This document shows positions 26,889-37,104 of a DNA stretch of 48,178 nucleotides, in pieces. Under the pieces are notes generated by a model that was not told the origin of the DNA, did no database searches, and saw nothing but the letters and a program-made list of their open reading frames with translations. The translations under genes were made by a program, and so were the position numbers. Within the stretch, counting starts at the first letter, position 1. Every line of letters begins with the position of its first letter. Source of the DNA: Bacteroidota bacterium (lineage in GTDB: Bacteria; Bacteroidota; Bacteroidia; Bacteroidales; DYOH01); contig JAIFMY010000042.1 in assembly GCA_020048155.1 (NCBI GenBank), forward strand, positions 1 to 48,178, read 5' to 3'.

Positions 26889-27698
26889 ATGGGAGTAGAA
26901 TTTATAAATACCGATTTACCAGATATAATTGATCTGAAGGGAATTTCGCAGACATATGACGGGGGAAAAAGCTACGTTATCAACGATTTTAATTTGCTTA
27001 TTGAAGATAAGCCCGAAACTGGCCAATTTGTAGTGCTGTTAGGGCCTTCGGGTTGCGGAAAGTCTACTGTGCTCAGGTACATAGCTGGTTTGCAACACCC
27101 TTCTTCCGGCGAAATTATTATCAAAAACAAGCCGCTTTCCGATAAAGATCGTATTGGAATGGTCTTTCAGATGTATTCTTCTTATCCTTGGATGACTGTA
27201 CTCGAAAACGTAGCCCTAGGCTTGCGTTTCAAAGGTATGGGCAAGGAAGAGCGTACCCAGAAAGCTATGGATATGATTAAAATAGTTGGACTGGAAGGGC
27301 ATGAAAAGAAATTTGCAAAGTATCCTACATTATCCGGAGGCCAGTTACAACGTGTGGCTATAGCCCGCAGCTTACTAGTGAACAATGAGATTATACTCAT
27401 GGACGAACCTTTTGGTGCACTCGATACCAAAACCCGACTTACCATGCAGGATTTCATGATTGACCTGTGGGAAAAGGTAAAACCTACCATCATACTCGTC
27501 ACTCACGACATTTCGGAAGCTGTGTACCTAGCCGACGATATATATATGATGGGCACTGCACCGAGCAATATAGTTGAACATGTGGCTGTAAACTTGCCAT
27601 TTCATCGCGACCGAACCATTAAGCGCGAAAAGACATTTGTAGACTTAGTAAACTACGTGGAAGACCGAATGATGAAAATTGCAGGTGGCGAAAAATAG
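26889..27698 (+). CDS. NitT/TauT-family ABC ATP-binding protein
   Basis: Walker A GPSGCGKST, LSGGQ signature, Walker B ILMDEPFGALD, VTHD. Confidence 0.95.
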   Translation: MGVEFINTDLPDIIDLKGISQTYDGGKSYVINDFNLLIEDKPETGQFVVLLGPSGCGKSTVLRYIAGLQHPSSGEIIIKNKPLSDKDRIGMVFQMYSSYPWMTVLENVALGLRFKGMGKEERTQKAMDMIKIVGLEGHEKKFAKYPTLSGGQLQRVAIARSLLVNNEIILMDEPFGALDTKTRLTMQDFMIDLWEKVKPTIILVTHDISEAVYLADDIYMMGTAPSNIVEHVAVNLPFHRDRTIKREKTFVDLVNYVEDRMMKIAGGEK

Positions 27699-27729
27699 CT
27701 CGTTTTATGTACACAAATGAATATAAACT

Positions 27730-27768
27730 AACATCCCGAAAGTATTAAAGCTTTCGGGATGTTTTTTT
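27730..27768 (+). terminator. Rho-independent terminator closing the operon
   Basis: AACATCCCGAAAG-loop-CTTTCGGGATGTT plus T-run. Confidence 0.88.
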
Positions 27769-27811
27769 GCGAGGAATTTGAAAGTTTCGGAAAACAGAAT
27801 GATTAGCTAGT

Positions 27812-28510
27812 TCAGCTCAAAAATGCTTCTGGTTTGCCCATATCACGCCACTGATAGTCGCTGATGTCGTAACCCAGAATTTTATCGCTATTTCGCATTC
27901 GCAGGTACATGTTTATGATACTAAACTTACCTTTTTCTTCTATCATATCAAAAATGCGGTTGTTGAGTATGTGAATGCCACTAAAAGCGTATTTACGGAA
28001 AAAAGGTGAATTTATATCCGTGATTTTTTCGTTGGTGAAGGTATTCATCCAACCCCGCAAAAGCATACTTTCGTCGAAAAGCAGGTAGCGACTTGTTTCG
28101 CGGCGCTGCACAGCCAGGGTAGCAAGTGCATTGGTTTCGGTGTGCTGTTTTATAAGATTCGAAATTGGAAAATTCGTAAGCACATCAACATTATAAATCA
28201 GGAAATTGCTCGTACTATTGAGTATATCTTGCGCTTTAAGTATAGCACCACCAGTATCTAGTAGTTTGTCACTTTCATCGCTTATTACTATTTCAAGTCC
28301 AAAATTGTTGTTTTTATCCAAAAAAGATAATATTTGCTCGGCAAAATGATGCACATTAATTACAAAAGATTGTATTCCTTCGGAAGCAAGTTTCATGATA
28401 GCGAGTTCAAGCAGGGTTTTGCCCTGATAGGCGACCAAAGCTTTGGGGGTATTGCTTGTGAGCGGTCCAAGTCTGGTACCTAAACCTGCTGCGAGTATAA
28501 AAGCTTTCAT
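27812..28510 (-). CDS. Sugar-phosphate nucleotidyltransferase (MurU-like)
   Basis: MKAFILAAGLGTRL..PKAL, INVHHF, LLDTGG, DMGKPE; adjacent to an AmgK-like kinase. Confidence 0.85.
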   Translation of the reverse strand: MKAFILAAGLGTRLGPLTSNTPKALVAYQGKTLLELAIMKLASEGIQSFVINVHHFAEQILSFLDKNNNFGLEIVISDESDKLLDTGGAILKAQDILNSTSNFLIYNVDVLTNFPISNLIKQHTETNALATLAVQRRETSRYLLFDESMLLRGWMNTFTNEKITDINSPFFRKYAFSGIHILNNRIFDMIEEKGKFSIINMYLRMRNSDKILGYDISDYQWRDMGKPEAFLS

Positions 28511-28896
28511 AAACTCAATTCACTATGTATTATTGAAATATGCAAATCTTCAGAAACTGCTAGTTGAGCGGCTATCCACTCTGTAGCATAAACCGACCGG
28601 TGCCTGCCACCTGTGCAACCATAGGCTACGCTGAGGTTAGAATACTTTCGTTGCTTATATTTTTCGATGGCAGAAAGTATAATTTTAAGGGTTTGTTTCA
28701 AAAACAGATCCATTTCGGGATCATTTTTAAAAAAATCTTTAATTTGCTCATCTTTACCAGTATATCCTTTTAGACTGTCTATCAGACCCGGATTTTCAAT
28801 AAATCGGCAATCGAATACAAACCCCCCCCCGTGTCCGGATACATCAATAGGTATGCCCTTTCTGTATGAAAAACTAATCACATTTACCCTAACCAT
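28507..28896 (-). CDS. Stand-alone RapZ C-terminal-like domain protein
   Basis: SFSYRKGIP, FVFDCR..NP, GCTGGRHRSV. Confidence 0.85.
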   Translation of the reverse strand: MVRVNVISFSYRKGIPIDVSGHGGGFVFDCRFIENPGLIDSLKGYTGKDEQIKDFFKNDPEMDLFLKQTLKIILSAIEKYKQRKYSNLSVAYGCTGGRHRSVYATEWIAAQLAVSEDLHISIIHSELSL

Positions 28897-28900
28897 CGTC

Positions 28901-29884
28901 TTAGCTCAATTGATTGATTATTTTATATAATTCAGACAAATTTATATAGGTTTTTGCTGATTCGGTAACTTTTTTTAAGTTTTTCAATGCTATTTCTATA
29001 CTGCTCATAAAGTGTGGTTTACGCTCAATAATACCCCTTAGCCCATAGGCGCCTAGTGTTTGTAAAATTCTGAGTAAAGCAAACATGTAGTATTCGTGTT
29101 CGAAGGATGTGTTTTTGTTCACTTCTACAGGCAATTGCCGGCTATAAAACTCAGCCATGCGCAACCTGAAATCATCGCTAAGGTTTGCTTTTGCTTGAAA
29201 TAGCAGCGAAACTAAATCGTACCATGGATTTCCCTTTCGTCCACCCTGGTAGTCAATGAAATAAAATTTGCCGGCATGCTGCATGATGTTTCTTGCCTGA
29301 AAATCGCGGTACATAAACGATTTTAGCTCAAACCGTTGCAAATGAGCAATGAGCTTATCAAAATCTTGTTCCAGTTTCAGTTCGTTGTATGTGATATTGC
29401 ACAATTTGAGATAATTGTATTTAAAATAATTCAAATCCCACTTCATGGCCATGGCATCAAATTCCTTTACCGGATAAGCAGACTCAAACGGGAAATAGGG
29501 TAGCCCTGAGAACTGAAATTGAATGAGTTGCTCAAGAACCTGCTCATACATTCCTGCTTTTTCCGTTTCAGAAACCTGGCTGATCAAGTCTAAGAAATGG
29601 ATATTTCCCAAGTCCTCAATCATGCAAAACTTTTTGTCGGTACTCGTGTGGTATAGCCTAGCAATATGCAGGTTATATTTCTCGAAATGATGAGTAAAAG
29701 ATATATACGCTTCATTTTCGTCAGCATGCTCGTTGTACGAAACCAGAAAACTGGTACCATGCGGGTTAAAAATACGATAATACCTTTTATCAGATCCCGA
29801 AGGAGGAATAAGTTCCCATGAGTGCGCTTTTTCCTTAGTAGATTGTTCGTAAAATTCCAGAATTTGAGAGGGTTCAATATTCAT
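28901..29884 (-). CDS. APH/choline kinase-fold phosphotransferase (AmgK-like anomeric sugar kinase)
   Basis: SGSDKRYYR, EDLG, YRDFQARNIM, IDYQG, YDLVSLL, LQTLGAYG. Confidence 0.85.
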   Translation of the reverse strand: MNIEPSQILEFYEQSTKEKAHSWELIPPSGSDKRYYRIFNPHGTSFLVSYNEHADENEAYISFTHHFEKYNLHIARLYHTSTDKKFCMIEDLGNIHFLDLISQVSETEKAGMYEQVLEQLIQFQFSGLPYFPFESAYPVKEFDAMAMKWDLNYFKYNYLKLCNITYNELKLEQDFDKLIAHLQRFELKSFMYRDFQARNIMQHAGKFYFIDYQGGRKGNPWYDLVSLLFQAKANLSDDFRLRMAEFYSRQLPVEVNKNTSFEHEYYMFALLRILQTLGAYGLRGIIERKPHFMSSIEIALKNLKKVTESAKTYINLSELYKIINQLS

Positions 29885-30027
29885 TTTAAAGTATTTGTAT
29901 AAAAAAATGCAATAAAACTAGGTTCATGCATAGCAACATACTAAATTAATAAAAGATTTGATGAAAATATTGTTTCAATTGAATGATGTGACTAACTTGC
30001 AACCTCTTTTTTAAATATGAAGACAGA

Positions 30028-31785
30028 ATGAAAAAAATGTTTCGCACCATACTGTTTATTAGCACTTTTATAATATTATTTCATCCAGGAATGAGGGCAC
30101 AGAAACTAGATAAAATTAGAATTAAGATAGTTGAAACAACCGATGTGCATGGAGCTCTGTTTCCATTCGACCTCATTGAACAGAGCAAAACCTACTATTC
30201 ACTGGCCAGTGTAGCTACTTATATGCGAGAGCTGCGGGCAGATACGAGCCAGCATGTACTTTTTCTGGATAATGGGGATATATTGCAGGGTCAGCCTGTG
30301 GTTTATTATTCCAATTTTGAAGACACCGCCTCGCAGCACATATGCGCCAAGGTGATGAACTATCTGAAATACGATGCTGCCACCATTGGAAATCACGATA
30401 TTGAAGCAGGACATGCAGTGTACGACAAGCTTGTGGGTGAGTTTAATTTTCCCCTCATGGCCGCCAATGCCGTTAGAAACAATGATGGTAAACCTTATTT
30501 TGTACCTTACACGGTTTTCAATAAAGGGGGGGTAAAAATTGTTGTTTTGGGTATAGTGACCCCGGGAATACCCCAGTGGTTGCCCGAAAATCTTTGGGCC
30601 GGAATGCATTTCGAAGATATGATTGTATCGGCCAAATATTGGGCGGCTTATATAAAAGAACACGAAAATCCGGATTTACTTATTGGTCTTTTTCATTCGG
30701 GTACCGACCATACCTATGGCAACAAAACTGCCAACGATGCTTACAACGAGAATGCATCGGTGTTAGTGGCTCAGCAAGTACCAGGTTTTGACCTTATTTT
30801 CACCGGACACGACCACCAAGAATACAATGCATATGTAGATGGCCCCAATGGTAAAAAAGTACTGGTAATGAATGCTAAAAGCTATGCCAGATATGCCGCC
30901 GTTGTAGATGCTACCTTCATTTGGAACCCCGCTACAGATAAATACGATGCCGGTTTCAACCCGAAACTAATAGATATGAGCCAATACAAACCCGACTCAG
31001 CTTATATGGAAACTTTTGCCTCTGACCTCAGAACGGTGAGGGAGTATGTAGAGCATCCGGTAGGCATTTTTACCCGAAAACTTGATTCGAAGTCTGCTAT
31101 TTTTGGCCCTTCCGATTTTGTGAATTTTATTAACGAACTACAGCTTGAAATCACAGGTGCCGAAATTTCATTTGCTGCCCCCTTATCTCGAAACGCAGTG
31201 ATAGACACCGGATCTATAAAAGTGAGCGATATGTTTAAGTTGTATAAGTTTGAAAACCTGCTTTATACTATGGAATTGAGCGGTTTGGAAGTGAAAAATT
31301 ACCTGGAATATTCGATAAATGGCTGGTTCAGCACTATGGAAAACGAAGATGATACACTATTGAGACTAAAAACGGACAAAAAAGGCACTCTGAACCTCGA
31401 AAATCCGTATTTCAATTTTGATGCAGCTTCGGGTATTGAATATAGTGTAGATGTAAGCAAGCCCTACGGACAAAAAGTTGCGATACATAAAATGAGCAAC
31501 GGCAAAGAGTTTAAGTTGGATCAGACTTACAAAGTAGCAATTAACTCTTACCGTGGGAATGGAGGCGGAGGGCATTTGGTGCAAGGTGCAGGCATACCAG
31601 CCGACCAACTCGAAAAGCGCATCATCAAATCTACCGACCGCGATTTGCGCTTTTATATGATGAAATGGATTGAGAAAAAAGGACACATAACCCCAAAGAA
31701 GGTGAACAACTGGCAGTTGCGTCCTGCACGATGGGTGAAAAAAGCCATCAAACGCGAAGAAAATATACTCTTTAGTGGGTACTAA
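30028..31785 (+). CDS. Periplasmic 2',3'-cyclic-nucleotide phosphodiesterase / 5'-nucleotidase (CpdB/UshA family)
   Basis: ETTDVHG, DNGDILQG, GNHD, GHDH, YKFENLL, NSYRGNGGG; signal peptide. Confidence 0.92.
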   Translation: MKKMFRTILFISTFIILFHPGMRAQKLDKIRIKIVETTDVHGALFPFDLIEQSKTYYSLASVATYMRELRADTSQHVLFLDNGDILQGQPVVYYSNFEDTASQHICAKVMNYLKYDAATIGNHDIEAGHAVYDKLVGEFNFPLMAANAVRNNDGKPYFVPYTVFNKGGVKIVVLGIVTPGIPQWLPENLWAGMHFEDMIVSAKYWAAYIKEHENPDLLIGLFHSGTDHTYGNKTANDAYNENASVLVAQQVPGFDLIFTGHDHQEYNAYVDGPNGKKVLVMNAKSYARYAAVVDATFIWNPATDKYDAGFNPKLIDMSQYKPDSAYMETFASDLRTVREYVEHPVGIFTRKLDSKSAIFGPSDFVNFINELQLEITGAEISFAAPLSRNAVIDTGSIKVSDMFKLYKFENLLYTMELSGLEVKNYLEYSINGWFSTMENEDDTLLRLKTDKKGTLNLENPYFNFDAASGIEYSVDVSKPYGQKVAIHKMSNGKEFKLDQTYKVAINSYRGNGGGGHLVQGAGIPADQLEKRIIKSTDRDLRFYMMKWIEKKGHITPKKVNNWQLRPARWVKKAIKREENILFSGY

Positions 31786-32073
31786 TGGCATATGTTTATA
31801 CCCGCAATTATTCTGAAATCGTGCATTTGATATAATCTTTGCAATTTCGAAAAGGCAAGGTATTGTTGGTGACGGATGTAATATTCTGAAATACTGATAT
31901 TTAAAATTCTCAAATATTTAGTGTATCAAAATGTACTTACTATAGCTGTTTCTTAACATATTTTTCTTACCAAACTCATATTGGCAAAATGCAATCCCTT
32001 TTGTAAAATTGTACCAGAAATCGATTGAAAAAAATGATTGATTCATAAGACGATACAAATTAATACCTTTAAT

Positions 32074-33300
32074 ATGACAACTACCAAAATGACATCGCAC
32101 GACTATATGGAGCGTGAAGAAAAATACGGCGCACACAACTACCATCCACTACCTGTAGTATTGGAAAGTGGTGAAGGCGTGTTTGTATATGACGTAGAAG
32201 GTAAAAGATATTTCGACTTTCTTTCTGCGTATTCTGCCGTAAACCAAGGCCACTGCCATCCAGTTATCATAAACGCACTTACTGAGCAAGCCAAAAAACT
32301 AACCCTCACATCACGCGCATTCTTCAATTCAGTTTTGGGCGAATACGAAGAGTATGTAACCAAATATTTTGGCTATGACAAAGTGCTGCCTATGAACAGT
32401 GGTGCCGAGGCCGACGAAACTGCCATAAAACTAACCCGCAAATGGGCTTACAAAGTAAAAGGTATACCAGCCAATCAAGCTAAAATAATAGTTTGTGCCG
32501 AAAACTTCCATGGTCGTACTACTACCATTGTATCTTTCAGCACCGATCCACAGTCGTACGCTGATTTTGGACCATTCACCCCCGGTTTCGAAGTGATTCC
32601 TTATAACGATATCCCTGCATTGGAAAAAGCCCTGCAAGACCCTAATGTAGCCGGATTTTTGGTAGAACCTATACAAGGCGAAGCCGGTGTATTTGTTCCC
32701 GATGAAGGTTATTTGAAAAAAGCTTTCGACTTATGTCGCAAACACAATGTACTGTTCATAGCCGACGAGGTGCAAACAGGTATAGCTCGCACAGGTAAAC
32801 TACTTGCTTGCGACCACGAAGGAGTTCGCCCCGATATTCTCATTCTTGGTAAAGCCCTTTCTGGCGGTGTACTTCCTATTTCAGCGGTATTGGCCGACGA
32901 TTATATCATGCTTACTATAAAACCTGGCGAACATGGTTCTACATTCGGCGGAAATCCCCTCGCTGGAAAAGTAGCCATAGCTGCGCTCGAAGTGATAAAA
33001 AACGAAAAACTTGCTGAAAATGCTGAGCGATTAGGTAAAATTCTACGCGATGGCTTGCGTAGCATCCACTCACCAATGATTGAGCTTGTGCGGGGCAAAG
33101 GCTTGCTTAATGCCATAGTGATAAAACCTACCAACGGCAAAGAAGCTTGGGACGTATGTTTGGCTATGCGCGACAATGGTTTGCTTGCCAAACCAACCCA
33201 TCAGCATATTATCAGACTTGCGCCACCGTTGGTTATAAACGAGGAGCAAATTCACGAAGCTATAGAGATTATTAAAAAATCTTTGGCTCAATTTGCTTAA
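32074..33300 (+). CDS. rocD: Ornithine--oxo-acid aminotransferase
   Basis: [54 protein letters not shown]. Start could be 32074 or 32089. Confidence 0.96.
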   Translation: MTTTKMTSHDYMEREEKYGAHNYHPLPVVLESGEGVFVYDVEGKRYFDFLSAYSAVNQGHCHPVIINALTEQAKKLTLTSRAFFNSVLGEYEEYVTKYFGYDKVLPMNSGAEADETAIKLTRKWAYKVKGIPANQAKIIVCAENFHGRTTTIVSFSTDPQSYADFGPFTPGFEVIPYNDIPALEKALQDPNVAGFLVEPIQGEAGVFVPDEGYLKKAFDLCRKHNVLFIADEVQTGIARTGKLLACDHEGVRPDILILGKALSGGVLPISAVLADDYIMLTIKPGEHGSTFGGNPLAGKVAIAALEVIKNEKLAENAERLGKILRDGLRSIHSPMIELVRGKGLLNAIVIKPTNGKEAWDVCLAMRDNGLLAKPTHQHIIRLAPPLVINEEQIHEAIEIIKKSLAQFA

Positions 33301-33341
33301 ACTTATTTCGGAGTTTATTTAGTGGATTAGTTTATTATAAT

Positions 33342-33374
33342 AAGCCTTCCGGCCATGCAGCCGGAGGGTTTTTT
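33342..33374 (+). terminator. Rho-independent terminator
   Basis: AAGCCTTCCGGC-loop-GCCGGAGGGTTT plus T-run. Confidence 0.8.
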
Positions 33375-33463
33375 ATTTTTGTGATAAAAAGTGCAAGAGT
33401 AGATAGATTCTAGCTATTGTACTGGATGAATAATTTTTACTTTTATAAAAAAAATAATTGTAA

Positions 33464-33907
33464 ATGGTACGTTTAGCAACATCTTCTGATGCCAGAATTA
33501 TAGCTGACTTTCAGGTAAATATGGCTTGGGAAACCGAGGAGTACAAATTGGATGCAGATACTGTAAAGCTAGGAGTGGATAATGTATTCCGAAACCCGCA
33601 GTATGGAAGATACTATGTGTACGAATCTGACAATCAGGTTGTAGCATCGCTTCTGATTACATATGAGTGGTCGGACTGGCGCAACCGCATGGTAGCCTGG
33701 ATACAATCTGTGTATGTAAAACCGGAATACAGGGAAAAAGGCATTTTTGCCTGCATTTACAATCACATCAAGGAACACATTTTACAAACCAATGAATTTG
33801 CCGGATTGCGATTGTATGTAGATAAGACCAACATCAAGGCCCAGAAAGTGTATGAAAAAATGGGCATGAACGGCCAGCACTATCAGCTATACGAGTGGAT
33901 GAAATGA
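33464..33907 (+). CDS. GNAT-family N-acetyltransferase
   Basis: TYEWSDWRN, VYVKPEYREKGI (acetyl-CoA motif), LRLYV..N..A..VYEKMG. Confidence 0.9.
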   Translation: MVRLATSSDARIIADFQVNMAWETEEYKLDADTVKLGVDNVFRNPQYGRYYVYESDNQVVASLLITYEWSDWRNRMVAWIQSVYVKPEYREKGIFACIYNHIKEHILQTNEFAGLRLYVDKTNIKAQKVYEKMGMNGQHYQLYEWMK

Positions 33908-33915
33908 AGACGCAA

Positions 33916-34305
33916 TTATTTTATTTCCTGCGAGCGATATTCGCTACTTCCGAATGCCAGAATAGGGGTGAATATAAGACTAAGTACCACCATGCCAGTA
34001 GTAAACCAGCCATCTTTGCCAAATAATTTCATCAATTTGTGCAAGGTTACTATGTACACTACTACATTTACCAATGGTACCAGATACAAAAATATAAACC
34101 ACCATGGGTACTGAGCTATGCGGTTGAAAACTATAAAGTTGAATACCGGTACTATGCTTGCCCAGCCAGGCTGGTCTGCTTTTTCGAAAATACGCCACCA
34201 AGCTACTACATGCACTACCAAAAATACAATATAAAAACTGAGCATCCCCATGCTTAGCCACGCCAGATATTCCAATACTTGTTCCTGAAATATGGGTTCG
34301 TTCAT
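33916..34305 (-). CDS. DUF5684-like small membrane protein
   Basis: WRIFEKADQPGWASIVP, FGK..F, ILAFG; start placed at ATG 34305. Confidence 0.75.
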   Translation of the reverse strand: MNEPIFQEQVLEYLAWLSMGMLSFYIVFLVVHVVAWWRIFEKADQPGWASIVPVFNFIVFNRIAQYPWWFIFLYLVPLVNVVVYIVTLHKLMKLFGKDGWFTTGMVVLSLIFTPILAFGSSEYRSQEIK

Positions 34306-34343
34306 CTTAATTATTTTTTGGTTTAAATGCTGATATCCATATT

Positions 34344-36374
34344 TTACCTGAATTTGAGCAATACACCCTCGACCAGAATGAGAAGCAATGCTAAAAATAT
34401 GGTATAAAACCACAAAGGCGTTTCTGTTTGAATTGGAGTATTGTTGCCAAACTGATTGGTGATTGTATTGAGATTACTCAGGTTCATCCCTTCAAAATAG
34501 GCCAATATTTCAGATTCTTCTATGTTCTGAATATTCGATTCGCTTCTCGGATAGTTTATCGAAAAATTATTCAGATTTAAACCTGCATCAGCAATTTGGT
34601 AGTTTCCGGCCGTCAGCCATTTGCCCTCTACCATAAACTGTGAACTGCCTTGATTGTTATTTTGGATAGGAACTTCAAAGGTGTTTTCCCCGTTTTCTGG
34701 TATTATAGTAGCGTTATTCTTCTCATTGTCAGATTTGTATTCGGCTACTTCAACCCCCATCATATCTGCTATGGTATAGTAGGTAGGCAATTCGGAACCC
34801 GACTGATTTGCAATTTGGAAAAAAGTAGGTGCAAAAAGTGGATGCGTGGCAAAATTACTGATTTTAGGATTGAGTGAAGTTGCCAGAAAATAAAACCTGC
34901 CCATTCCCAAACTGGTTTGTATAAGTACGGGGTATTCTTCGAGTGTAAGAAGCAGATTCTCGGTTTTCGGATTTTGATTGTCTAATAAAAGCAGTTTATT
35001 GAAAACTGGAAGATTCAGGTTCGATTGTTCTTTCTGGAAAACATCTTTATACAATCTCGAATTGTAATTTATTTGGTTTACAGCATTTTGTGCAGTATCC
35101 AGGGTTTGTATGTGAATTTGAAATGCTGTGTTTAACCAATTGTTGAGTGCTGAAGCCTGTGAGCCCAAATCCGGCAGTTGAATGATGTTACCGCCTTGTT
35201 TCAAATACTGGCTCAATTCCTCAATCTGAGTTTCGTTGGCTATTTCAATTTCGTTGATTATAAGTAAATTATAACCATTAATATTGCCCAATGAACCCAA
35301 TTTTTGTTGTTCCGATTCAAGATTCATAAATCCATCTTCGGTATTGTACAACGCCCGTATATATTTGGAAGGCTGATTTTTCCATATCTCTTTTATCATA
35401 ATACCATATGGGACATAAATACTGAAATAAAGACGATTATCAAAAGGCATATCTTCGTCGTCTATTTCTATATAGCCGCTCGTACTGGCTGAACGAGTAT
35501 TGGGAAATTCGAAAGTTGCATTTGCAGAGCTTTTACCTTGCACATCTACAAGCTGAGTAGAAACCAAAGAGTCTTTGAGGAACATTCTTACAGTAACCGA
35601 TTGAGGATTCTCTGACCAATTGTGAATGATAGAATTGAGTTTTTCCTTTTTATTCAGAAAATGGACAGGCTCTTCAAACCATGCTGTATCTACCGACAAG
35701 TTTCCTATATATTCGGGCTTCATATGCACAATATTCAGGTTGAACGTACTGTCTGAAATCTCGCTAGGACGATCGGTTTTAATACTCTGAAAATCACTTA
35801 TATATATTAATCTTGAATTGTAGTTGCCATACAATTTGTGTATTTGGCTGGCTCTGTTGAGTACCTGTACTGTGGAACGCGAGAAACTGCTGAATCTGAT
35901 GGCAGACAGTTTTTCAAGTATTTGTTCTTTGCTTAAAATGTATTCGTCCGAAGCTACAAAATCATTAGTAATAAGAATGTAAGCGGCATTTGAGTGGCTA
36001 TTGTCCACAAAATTTTTGGCCTTTTCAGTAGCTTCATGCAGGAGAGTGTATTTGTTGTGGGTTATTTCCATGCTCAGCGAGTTATCTATGTACAAGATAT
36101 TGAGCACAGGCAATGCTTTATTTTCGGCAATTCCCCTGTTTATGTAAGGGTAAGCAAAAGCCAGAACCAATGAAACAATGAATAAAATACGAAGCAACAA
36201 AATGAGAAAATGTAAGATTCTGTTTACATTTTTGTTGCTTTTTTTAAGGTTATTGAGAAATTGTGTATTGCTGAAATAAATGGTTTTCAGCGATCTGAAA
36301 TTCAGGAAATGTATGAGTATGGGAATAGCTATGGCCAGTGCAGCCACTAAAAACAAAGGATACAGGAAACTCAT
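34344..36374 (-). CDS. BatA (aerotolerance N-terminal) domain / vWA-like membrane protein
   Basis: MSFLYP..IPILIH, LLLRIL..AFAYP, IDNSLSM, YISDFQ, FDN, C-terminal TM. Confidence 0.85.
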   Translation of the reverse strand: MSFLYPLFLVAALAIAIPILIHFLNFRSLKTIYFSNTQFLNNLKKSNKNVNRILHFLILLLRILFIVSLVLAFAYPYINRGIAENKALPVLNILYIDNSLSMEITHNKYTLLHEATEKAKNFVDNSHSNAAYILITNDFVASDEYILSKEQILEKLSAIRFSSFSRSTVQVLNRASQIHKLYGNYNSRLIYISDFQSIKTDRPSEISDSTFNLNIVHMKPEYIGNLSVDTAWFEEPVHFLNKKEKLNSIIHNWSENPQSVTVRMFLKDSLVSTQLVDVQGKSSANATFEFPNTRSASTSGYIEIDDEDMPFDNRLYFSIYVPYGIMIKEIWKNQPSKYIRALYNTEDGFMNLESEQQKLGSLGNINGYNLLIINEIEIANETQIEELSQYLKQGGNIIQLPDLGSQASALNNWLNTAFQIHIQTLDTAQNAVNQINYNSRLYKDVFQKEQSNLNLPVFNKLLLLDNQNPKTENLLLTLEEYPVLIQTSLGMGRFYFLATSLNPKISNFATHPLFAPTFFQIANQSGSELPTYYTIADMMGVEVAEYKSDNEKNNATIIPENGENTFEVPIQNNNQGSSQFMVEGKWLTAGNYQIADAGLNLNNFSINYPRSESNIQNIEESEILAYFEGMNLSNLNTITNQFGNNTPIQTETPLWFYTIFLALLLILVEGVLLKFR

Positions 36375-36377
36375 GCG

Positions 36378-37007
36378 TTAGATTACAGGTTTGTTATAAT
36401 ACAAATTCCTGTCCTCGCCATAAGTTTGATTCGTTTTCTTAGCAGCCAGTTCCAAAATAGTCAGTTCCCACGGGTATGCACCTTTAAGTACATGTTCAAA
36501 AAGATTATCCGGATTTTTATATATTTCATAATACACATCGTGCAACTTGTCGATAGATTCGCGCAAAAATGCCTGAATATGATCAAATGACTCAAATTCA
36601 GAAATGGCTCTGTATCGGGCAAATTCACTTCCAAGTCCGCCTCGGTCAGAGGTATATACACTTTCTGGTTTGTTTATCCAATTTTTGAGGTTTTCTTTAA
36701 AAAAGTCTCTGTACTGCAATCGCAATTCCGGATTTTTACCATTGGTACGCACGAGTACATTCATACCTACATGGCTATAACCTTCGCTTTCAGCCTGTTT
36801 GAAATAACCAATATTGTATCCGAACAGGTAGGTCAATTCATCACGAACGAAAGCCAAACCATGAAAATGCCATGTGGGCGCAACTCTTTGGTGCGTCCAC
36901 TGTCCTAGTTTTTCTATAAAATAGGGCTTTATTAGTCGAAATAATTCCTTGTTTACTTCTTTGCTAAGTCCCAGATTTTCAGGAATTTTGGATGATTCGC
37001 TATGCAT
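36378..37007 (-). CDS. Hypothetical protein
   Basis: 209 aa soluble ORF ending 3 nt before the BatA gene; no motif recognised. Confidence 0.7.
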   Translation of the reverse strand: MHSESSKIPENLGLSKEVNKELFRLIKPYFIEKLGQWTHQRVAPTWHFHGLAFVRDELTYLFGYNIGYFKQAESEGYSHVGMNVLVRTNGKNPELRLQYRDFFKENLKNWINKPESVYTSDRGGLGSEFARYRAISEFESFDHIQAFLRESIDKLHDVYYEIYKNPDNLFEHVLKGAYPWELTILELAAKKTNQTYGEDRNLYYNKPVI

Positions 37008-37104
37008 AAACTAAACGTGGTAAACTAAATTGTTCGTTCCAAAAGTATAAAAAATAATTGAAATAATTGCAATTGTTTATAGGCATATTTAATGAAAAGT
37101 GCTA

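Noticed and set aside
28822-28830. Poly-C tract as a phase-variation switch (similar runs at ~1058 and ~30525)
   Set aside because: These runs encode Gly-Gly stretches in frame within intact ORFs; nothing indicates slippage.
31786-32073. Riboswitch or sRNA in the long leader before rocD
   Set aside because: AT-rich with only weak imperfect inverted repeats; I could not recognise any riboswitch consensus. An Rfam scan would settle it.
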